Assembly (NCBI GenBank): GCA_964016885.1
Contig: OZ024751.1
Coordinates: 29,388,001 to 29,452,000, forward strand
Direction of reading: 5' to 3'
Source: Eledone cirrhosa
Taxonomy: Eukaryota
Length of the DNA: 64,000 nucleotides
In this document: one piece after another, positions 55,122-64,000 of the stretch
Layout of the letters: each line of letters starts with the position of its first letter
Position numbering within the stretch: the first letter of the stretch is position 1
The notes under the pieces: generated by a model
The model's database searches: none
What the model was told of the DNA's origin: nothing
What the model saw: only the letters and a program-made list of their open reading frames with translations
Program-made: the position numbers and the translations under genes

Positions 55122-55181
<60 letters not shown>

Positions 55182-55371
55182 TCATCATCCTCATCATTTT
55201 ACGACCGCTTTTCCCTGCTTATATGTAATATATTTTTTATGTATGATAAATAACTGATAAGTTTCAGAAAGCTGATATGATGTGTAGAAATATATAAAGG
55301 ACAAAGAATGACAAATAAAAGAAACCCAAGTAAGGTTTTTATCCAGTATATTTCAACATAATATTTCAGGG

Positions 55372-55759
55372 TTATAACCACCTTTTCAAATGTAATATAT
55401 AATATATATATATATATACAAATATAATTCAGCGAGAATCGTATTTCGGCTGGTAGAAAAAGCGAAACGAAACGCAAAATTGTAGAAATGTTGGCAAGCG
55501 CTCAATAGTTAAAAAACCAGAGCTAAACAATATGTTAAAATACCATACAAACTGAAAAAGTGGTTAAGAAGGCATTAACCACCTAAGCCAAAAAACAAAT
55601 CAAGCTAAACAGGTCAAACAAAATAAATGAATGATAAAAACCTGTGTAACCAACTTTGCGAGTGACGCAGAGCTTAGTAAACGCACATGCGTAAGTCACA
55701 AGAGGAAATTCCCCATATTTTGGCAAAAGAATTCAGTATGTGTATATCATACAAAAAAT

Positions 55760-55800
<41 letters not shown>

Positions 55801-55823
55801 TACATTTGAAAAGGTGGTTATAA
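55372..55823. repeat. Inverted repeat of about 29 bp bracketing a TA-embedded insert
   Basis: ttataaccaccttttcaaatgtaatatat (55372-55400) / atatattacatttgaaaaggtggttataa (about 55795-55823). Confidence 0.75.
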
Positions 55824-56231
55824 TATATATATATATATATATATAATAGAATAATTGAGTATCGGAAAATCAGCTCACGAATTTACGATAAACAAAATCC
55901 GACATGAGTGGCAGAGGGCTCAATAATTTAGATAAATCAGAGCTATATATATATATATATATAATAAGAACATGAAAGTTTAAGCAAAGAATCGCTGCTT
56001 TCACCCTAATTGAGCTCTCTTTGGATTTTTGTCTTCACATTTATTATTACTATATATGATAAAATTATATCTGTATAAATTTATGTATACAAATATAGTT
56101 AGGTAGTTTGTTGGTGCTACTATAATGGGTATATTACTTCCAATTCCATGATAGGGTTCTTACAATTCTCTATGTTGTAAAATTGGTAAAATTGGTGTCG
56201 TAAACAAATGTGCGCACAGACATGCATGTCA

Positions 56232-56282
<51 letters not shown>

Positions 56283-56617
56283 AAATTAGATTAAATACAC
56301 ATTTTTACCTGAAATGTGAATTTAACCTAATTTTGTATATTAAAACATGTCCCTCAGACTGAGTGCCCTGCCAACTTTTGATATAAAATATTTTAAAGAA
56401 ATTCACTAGTGTATATATATATATATAAGAGTTAGGTTCAATCATTAATAAATTGTTCCTCTGAAACATATGTAATATGTAATTAAATATGTATATGATA
56501 CAACACTGATTGTTTGTTCCTTTATATATTAATACAATTGATACTCTGCTCCCCAAGAGCATCAAGTGCTCACCTAACACACCACCTACAGACGCAGTTA
56601 TCTTACACCTTAGCACT

Positions 56618-56715
56618 TATATTAAGGCTAAAAAGTGAGTCTTGTTATTTGGGAGTTTTGCCTGTTTATCCCTGGGTCTTTGGTATTGAGTATTCCTTTC
56701 TCCCAGCCGTCAACC
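56618..56715 (+). mobile_element. Deleted relative of the hammerhead element at 14453-14654
   Basis: The inverted arm attaaggctaaaaagtgagtcttgttatt...cctgtttatccctgggtc is joined directly to the tail gtattgagtattcctttctcccagccgtcaacc. Confidence 0.75.
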
Positions 56716-57864
56716 ATATATGGATATATGCATATATATACATATATTAAGAACAACAAAATGAGGTTTTACATTAAGGTTTTTATTGATTTAGCTCAGT
56801 TACAAATGTTTCACAGATGGGTGGCTCAAGGTCCATATTTGTGTTATAGACTTGACTCCAACCTACTGAATCACCTAAACTATATATACATCTCTCTCTC
56901 TCTCTCAAAATGGCAGGGCTCACCATCAGCCATAATACTTTGGTCTTTTCTTGTAGCATATTTCATAACAAACCTTCTCTGGTACTAAAAGCAACTGAGA
57001 TGGGTAGTAGTAGTAGTAGTAGTAGTAGTAATAATAATGGGTGCACCTGGTGATACAGTAAAAACTTGCACAAAACTGTCAAAACAACAATAATAATATT
57101 AAGAATACTCTGGAGGGTACTAAAAAAATAAAGGGTGTTACCTCAATTCACTTGTAGTGAAGAGCTAACAATGTAATACATCTCCAGTGTTAGAAGCTGA
57201 AGGAAGAAACAATAAGAAAAACAACAACAATAACAGCACTGATAAAGATAAAAACAACAACGACAACAACAACAATAATAATAATAATAATAAGGAGGAT
57301 GATAAGGATAATAATAAATATATTATTAATAAAGACTATTACAATAGTAATGATAATGATGATGATGATGATGATATTTTTTTAAATATAATTTTTGCTG
57401 TTGTTTAAAGAGCAGCAGTCTTATCTAGAAACTTTAATTCTTGCCACATTCTATGATATATATATATGGATGTTTGACTTAGTTTCTAAAGCTGTTAGAT
57501 TGTATATATATCTAATGTTAAACCTTTGCTGGCTGGTGAAATGGAATTCTGTTGTCGTTTGATGTATGGAATAGCTGTGTACGTAAAGGTATCAACAATA
57601 TGCATACTAAAGGATTATAAGTTTTGTGTTTCTGTTCTGTTTCTGTTGTTTTTTGGTTTTGGTTTTGTTCTCTATCATTGGCACCACTGCTTTATCTGGT
57701 AAGACAGACAGAAAAAAAAAATTAATTTCATATGGCACTAAATTGATTAAAATATATATATAAAAAATTGAAGTTGTCAGTTGAAATTTTGTATGACCCA
57801 AGGAAGTTAGGGAATTGTGGTTGTCTTTGTGTTATGATCATTTTGACTACTATATAACTTTATT

Positions 57865-57951
<87 letters not shown>

Positions 57952-57997
57952 GAAAGGTATAGAAAACACTGCAACGAAAAGCGAACAGCATTCCATA

Positions 57998-58323
57998 TAT
58001 ATAAATTTAAGTAATTTAAAAAACCATATAATGCATTAGAAAATTAAAGGTGCCAAGAGAACGATAGAATTTTACCTTAGCAAATTTAATAATCCAAAAT
58101 ATTTTCAGGTTTAAAAACCCATTATCAAAGGAGTATCAAGTTCTGTCTTCCTAAAATCAACTCATCTCCGACCGATCTTTTAAGACCTTCACAGGGATAT
58201 TGGATTTTTGAATCCGAAAATATTTGGGATTATTAAATTTGCTAAGATAAGATTCTATTATTATCTTGGCACCTTTAATTTTCCAATGTAGTGTATGGTT
58301 TTTAAAATGATTTAAATTTATAT
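57998..58323. mobile_element. Imperfect fold-back element, arms of about 128 bp
   Basis: ataaatttaagtaatttaaaaaaccata...aaaggtgccaaga...ttagcaaatttaataatcc versus ggattattaaatttgctaag...tcttggcaccttt...tatggtttttaaaatgatttaaatttat. Confidence 0.75.
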
Positions 58324-58404
58324 TTCCTATTCAACAATGCTTCAAGCAAACTACAATATATATAGGTTTAGGAATAACCAAAGAGTGTGCTTAGAAATAT
58401 ATTA

Positions 58405-58463
58405 TTTTATTAGCTAACAGTGTTTCATCCGTACCCTAAGGCAGGAATCATCAGAGCCTAAAA
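58405..58463 (-). ncRNA. Minimal type-I hammerhead ribozyme motif
   Basis: Minus strand: ttttag gct CTGATGA ttcctgcc-ttag-ggtacggat GAAA cactg TT agc taataaaa; same subfamily as 32693-32754. Confidence 0.75.
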
Positions 58464-58639
58464 CCACACTGTCATACCAAGGGCAATATATCTATGTGTC
58501 TGGGCACATTGATATATTTGTCAACGAAACTATATATATGTATATATATATATATATATATTGACAGTCGATCAACTTTTGTCAAATCGGACGAGGAAAC
58601 AATGTTTCCGGTCTTTCTAATTGCTAATACTTTCTATCG

Positions 58640-58775
58640 GTCACAGCTCCAGGTAGAAGGAGCAACATGGAATAAAGTGTCTTGCCCAAGGACATAACAC
58701 ATTGCCTGATTCGGGAATCGGACTCACAACCTCATGATTGCGAATCCAATTCTCTAACCACTCAGCCACGTGCCA
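58640..58775 (-). mobile_element. tRNA-derived SINE family C, 5' part
   Basis: Minus strand ggcacgtggctgagtggttagag...gagtccgattccc...ccttgggcaagacactttatt; relatives at about 31320-31520 and 37880-38010. Confidence 0.8.
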
Positions 58776-58788
58776 TATATATATACAT

Positions 58789-58827
<39 letters not shown>

Positions 58828-58833
<6 letters not shown>

Positions 58834-58993
58834 ATAAACAACATAAGATAATTATTTCATTTACCAGTGGTTTCTTGAAGAAACCACTGGTAAATGAAAT
58901 AATTATCTTATGTTGTTTATTACATAACTAAAAAACTCTGTAGCCTACATAGAGCACTCTCTTTTCCTTTACCTTTCCTATGGAAATACTTCA
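58828..58993. mobile_element. Fold-back element with perfect 49-bp hairpin and hammerhead 3' half
   Basis: Arms 58828-58876 / 58878-58926 around one G; includes GAAAccactggTA; tail agagcactctc. Confidence 0.75.
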
Positions 58994-59106
58994 TATATAT
59001 ATATGTATATGCATATAAACAGAAAATTGTGAAGGACAATCAAAGCTCACTTATCAACATTGTTATATATACATATGTATAAATATATGACTATATATGT
59101 ATGTAT

Positions 59107-59442
59107 GGAGGCACATGGCTTAGTGGTTAGAGCATTGGCCTTGCAATCGAAAGGTTGTGAGTTCAATTCTCAGACCGGGTGATGTGTTGTTTCCTCGAGC
59201 AAGACACTTTATTTCACATTGCTCCAGTTTACTCAGCTATAGAAATGAGATGATAGGGACTGGGGTCCCTATCATTCCACTGCAAAGTGGTCTTGGAGGT
59301 ACCTCGGCAAAAAAGCACCCAGCACTCACTGTAAATGAGGTTGGTGTTAGGAAGGGCATCCAGCTGTAGAAATCAAGCCAGAATCAGTTCCCGTCCCACC
59401 CTTGCAAGCAGGGAAAAGCAGACGTAAAATGATGATGATGAT
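59107..59442 (+). mobile_element. SINE family C, full length with RTE-like tail
   Basis: A box tggcttagtgg, B box gagttcaattc, core gagcaagacactttatttcacattgctccag, ggaagggcatccagc, tail cccacccttgcaagcagggaaaagcagacgtaaaatgatgatg. Confidence 0.85.
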
Positions 59443-59642
59443 ATTTAATCATACTCTACTACCCAAGTATCGATTTCTCTGTTGAGTAATGGTCTAGCTA
59501 GTTTCAAACTGAATCCATCCTGATTTATGTATATATACATAGATATATATGTGTGTGTGTGTGTGCTTTCTCATGATTTCATATAAATGAAACAGTTCTA
59601 GTCCTGTAGAAGTTATTTCTATATATATATATATGTAATAAA

Positions 59643-59680
<38 letters not shown>

Positions 59681-60799
59681 AATGTATACAGATATCAAAT
59701 ATACAATTTTCTTAAAATATGCCCTACGTAAAGTTGAATGCTCTCTCGTTTTATTTTATTACATTTTTTATTTCATTCATTTTATTTATTTCATTTTTTA
59801 TTTTTTTACATTTTACATAAATATCTATTTATGTGATTTTAGAAAGAAACTATCTGAGCCTATTTGGTACACTACCAAAATGTTTTTTAAAAACTTTATA
59901 CAGAATAAAATGCAAGTTCAGTAATATAGGAAGTTACATCAACACCACCACCACCGCCACCTCCATGTTAATGGTGATGGTGGAGGTGATGGCACTGATG
60001 ATGATGATGATGATCATCATCATCATCATCGTCATTATTATTCATTAGCACTACTTTTCAGTCAGTATGATGGATGTAAAGCTGGGCAGTGAGCCATTGA
60101 ATGAAGCAATGAAGATGGAGGAATACTTTGGAGCTGTAAAGATGGATAAAAGGGAATTTATAAAATGGAATCAAAGAACATGAGAGAGCGGTGAGAGACA
60201 GAGTGGGGGCGAGAGATTGGTTGGGATAGAAAGAGAGAGAGATGGAGGGTGATAGATTTAGAGGAAGTGGACTCAGACATACAGACTGAGAATGAGAGGA
60301 AGAGAAATAGAGACAGATATACAGACATAAATGGAGATGGTGGTGGTGGGGGGGGGGGGGGGTGAGAGATGAAAGAGACAGATATACAAAGGGAGAGAAA
60401 GAAAGAACGAGAAAGAGGAAGAGAAAGAGAATTAGAGGAAGTGGATTCAGACAGAGTTTGAGATGGGAATGGCAAATGGTAAAAGTGTGAAGGTAAAGAG
60501 TAAAATATGCTCCAAAAATTGTAGATTATATGCAAAAAAATGCAAATAAAATGCAAAATACAAATAAATAAATAAAAATAATGAAAGAAAGTTTAAAATA
60601 TGCTTTTTTTAGAACAAAAAACAACAAGAAATGAAAGAAACACAAACAAAAATGAAATATATAATGTATAATAAGAAGCTAGCTTGGTTTAGTCTATAAT
60701 TTCAATGGAAAAAAAGAACAAGAAAGAAATGTTAGATGTAGTCAGAGAGTGACTTTAATGGTGTCACAGGAAGTTGTGACATTCTTAGTAGAGTAAAAA

Positions 60800-63170
60800 T
60801 GTAATGTGGTGTAGTGTGGTGTGGTGGGCTGTGGTGTAGAGTAGTATAATGTAGTATGTTGTGTGGAGTAATGTAGTTTGGTGTAGTGTAGTGTGGTGAG
60901 GTGTAGTGTGGTGTGGTGGGCTGTGGTGTAGTGTAGTATAATGTAGTATGTTGTGTGGAGTAATGTAGTTTGGTGTAGTGTAGTGTGGTGAGGTGTAGTG
61001 TAGTGTGGTGGGCTGTGGTGTAGAGTAGTATAATGTAGTATGTTGTGTGGAGTAATGTAGTTTGGTGTAGTGTAGTGTGGTGAGGTGTAGTGTGGTGTGG
61101 TGGGCTGTGGTGTAGTGTAGTATAATGTAGTATGTTGTGTGGAGTAATGTAGTTTGGTGTAGTGTAGTGTGGTGAGGTGTAGTGTGGTGTGGTGGGCTGT
61201 GGTGTAGTGTAGTATAATGTAGTATGTTGTGTGGAGTAATGTAGTTTGGTGTAGTGTAGTGTGGTGCAGTGTAGTGTGGTGAGGTGTAGTGTGGTGTGGT
61301 GGGCTGTGGTGTAGTGTAGTATAATGTAGTATGTTGTGTGGAGTAATGTAGTTTGGTGTAGTGTAGTGTGGTGAGGTGTAGTGTAGTGTGGTGGGCTGTG
61401 GTGTAGAGTAGTATAATGTAGTATGTTGTGTGGAGTAATGTAGTGTGGTGCAGTGTAGTGTGGTGTAGTGTAGTGTGGTGTGGTGGGCTGTGGTGTAGAG
61501 TAGTATAATGTAGTATGTTGTGTGGAGTAATGTAGTTTGGTGTAGTGTAGTGTGGTGCAGTGTAGTGTGGTGAGGTGTAGTGTGGTGTGGTGTGGTGGGC
61601 TGTGGTGTAGTGTAGTATAATGTAGTATGTTGTGTGGAGTAATGTAGTTTGGTGTAGTGTAGTGTGGTGAGGTGTAGTGTAGTGTGGTGGGCTGTGGTGT
61701 AGAGTAGTATAATGTAGTATGTTGTGTGGAGTAATGTAGTTTGGTGTAGTGTAGTGTGGTGAGGTGTAGTGTAGTGTGGTGTGGTGGGCTGTGGTGTAGT
61801 GTAGTATAATGTAGTATGTTGTGTGGAGTAATGTAGTTTGGTGTAGTGTAGTGTGGTGAGGTGTAGTGTAGTGTGGTGGGCTGTGGTGTAGAGTAGTATA
61901 ATGTAGTATGTTGTGTGGAGTAATGTAGTTTGGTGTAGTGTAGTGTGGTGCAGTGTAGTGTGGTGAGGTGTAGTGTGGTGTGGTGGGCTGTGGTGTAGTG
62001 TAGTATAATGTAGTATGTTGTGTGGAGTAATGTAGTGTGGTGTAGTGTAGTGTGGTGCAGTGTAGTGTGGTGAGGTGTAGTGTGGTGTGGTGGGCTGTGG
62101 TGTAGTGTAGTATAATGTAGTATGTTGTGTGGAGTAATGTAGTTTGGTGTAGTGTAGTGTGGTGAGGTGTAGTGTGGTGAGGTGTAGTGTAGTGTGGTGG
62201 GCTGTGGTGTAGAGTAGTATAATGTAGTATGTTGTGTGGAGTAATGTAGTTTGGTGTAGTGTAGTGTGGTGAGGTGTAGTGTGGTGTGGTGGGCTGTGGT
62301 GTAGTGTAGTATAATGTAGTATGTTGTGTGGAGTAATGTAGTTTGGTGTAGTGTAGTGTGGTGAGGTGTAGTGTAGTGTGGTGGGCTGTGGTGTAGAGTA
62401 GTATAATGTAGTATGTTGTGTGGAGTAATGTAGTTTGGTGTAGTGTAGTGTGGTGCAGTGTAGTGTGGTGAGGTGTAGTGTGGTGTGGTGGGCTGTGGTG
62501 TAGTGTAGTATAATGTAGTATGTTGTGTGGAGTAATGTAGTGTGGTGCAGTGTAGTGTGGTGAGGTGTAGTGTGGTGTGGTGGGCTGTGGTGTAGAGTAG
62601 TATAATGTAGTATGTTGTGTGGAGTAATGTAGTTTGGTGTAGTGTAGTGTGGTGCAGTGTAGTGTGGTGTGGTGTAGTGTGGTGAGGTGTAGTGTGGTGT
62701 GGTGGGCTGTGGTGTAGAGTAGTATAATGTAGTATGTTGTGTGGAGTAATGTAGTTTGGTGTAGTGTAGTGTGGTGAGGTGTAGTGTGGTGAGGTGTAGT
62801 GTGGTGTGGTGGGCTGTGGTGTAGTGTAGTATAATGTAGTATGTTGTGTGGAGTAATGTAGTTTGGTGTAGTGTAGTTTGGTGTAGTGTAGTGTGGTGAG
62901 GTGTAGTGTGGTGTGGTGGGCTGTGGTGTAGTGTAGTATAATGTAGTATGTTGTGTGGAGTAATGTAGTTTGGTGTAGTGTAGTGTGGTGCAGTGTAGTG
63001 TGGTGAGGTGTAGTGTGGTGTGGTGGGCTGTGGTGTAGTGTAGTATAATGTAGTATGTTGTGTGGAGTAATGTAGTTTAATGTAGTGTAGTGTGGTGAGG
63101 TGTAGTGTGATGTGGTGTGGTGTTGTGTAGTATGGTGTGGTGTAATGTAGTGTGGTGTTGTGTAGTGTAA
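60800..63170. repeat. Satellite, 92-bp basic unit, about 23 copies, built from GTRGT-type pentamers
   Basis: Marker gggct at 60826, 60918, 61010, 61102, 61194 and onward; longer units differ by multiples of 5 nt. Confidence 0.95.
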
Positions 63171-63282
63171 ATGTAACGGACCAATTTTATCCAGGTAGGT
63201 GGTATTATAGACAAATTATGGTATCATAGACAAACTAACATATAAACTGTACTACTACCATTACTGCAATACTACTACTAGT

Positions 63283-64000
63283 AATAATGGTTTCTGATAT
63301 AGGCACAAGGCCTGCAATTGGGGGGGGGTGATTAAATCAACCCCAGTGCATTACTGGTGCTTTATTTTATCGACGCTGTAAGGATGAAAGACAAAGCTAA
63401 CCTGAGCGGGATTTGAACTTGGAACGTAAAGGACCATAACTCCATGCTGCAAAGCATGGTGCCTGATGTTCTACCGATACTGCCACTACACCACCCTAAT
63501 AATAACAATAATAACAAGCTCTTGTTGGGTAATTTACTGATTTGGTTGACTAATTAATGTAGAAAGTTGATGTGAATAATGGTGTAACTGGGAATAATTA
63601 AAGTAAACAGTGATGTTGTGTGATATCTGCTACATTAGTGGAATAATTACCTGGCTAGAGAGAGGAAAAATATTGAAGTTTAATAATCGTTTCTCCACCT
63701 GTTGTAATAATAATGGTTTCTAATTTTGGCACAAGGCCAGCAATTTCTCAGTACATTACTGGTACTTTATTTTATCGACCCCGTAAGGATGAAAGGTAAA
63801 GTTAACCTCGGCGGGATTTGAACTCAGAATGGCAAGGGCCGTATATCTATGCTGGAAAGCATGGCGTCCGACCCTCTACCGATACTGCCAATTCAGTAAT
63901 AATAATGGTTTCTGATTTTGACACAAGGCCAGCAATTTGTGTGAAGGGGGGGGGGGGGAGGAGAGTTGGTTAACCCCAGTACACAGCTAATACTATATTT
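63283..64000 (-). mobile_element. Three SINE family A copies (63283-63497, 63709-63892, 63900-end)
   Basis: Reverse-complement matches to the family A consensus. Confidence 0.88.

Noticed and set aside
59107-59180. tRNA gene
   Set aside because: The tRNA-like head runs into a SINE body and tail and no complete cloverleaf is evident. The same applies to families A and B.
60800-63170. Telomeric repeat
   Set aside because: No TTAGGG units; internal and flanked by ordinary sequence.

Overview
AT-rich, microsatellite-dense animal genomic DNA. The SINE repertoire resembles that of octopod cephalopods (inference from recalled repeat families; not verified). Nearly all ORFs in the track are translations of (TA)n/(CA)n/(CAT)n tracts. 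One convincing host exon was found: 25572-25721 (+), 150 nt, WD40-type, resembling WDR4/Trm82, so the window is probably mostly intron. The rest is repeats: more than 20 tRNA-derived SINE copies from three families, 3' fragments of RTE, R4/Dong-like and L1/Tx1-like LINEs, a Penelope-like element (GIY-YIG remnant), an internally deleted mariner, piggyBac-, Tc1/mariner-, pogo- and hAT-like MITEs, a non-autonomous Helitron, minisatellites and a 2.4-kb satellite. The main signal is a set of at least five sequence-diverse minimal type-I hammerhead ribozyme motifs, plus degenerate ones. They sit in short elements, several of them fold-backs, in or next to (TA)n/(CA)n tracts, and one lies at the 3' end of the Penelope-like element. 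All calls were made by eye, with no searches or folding run.
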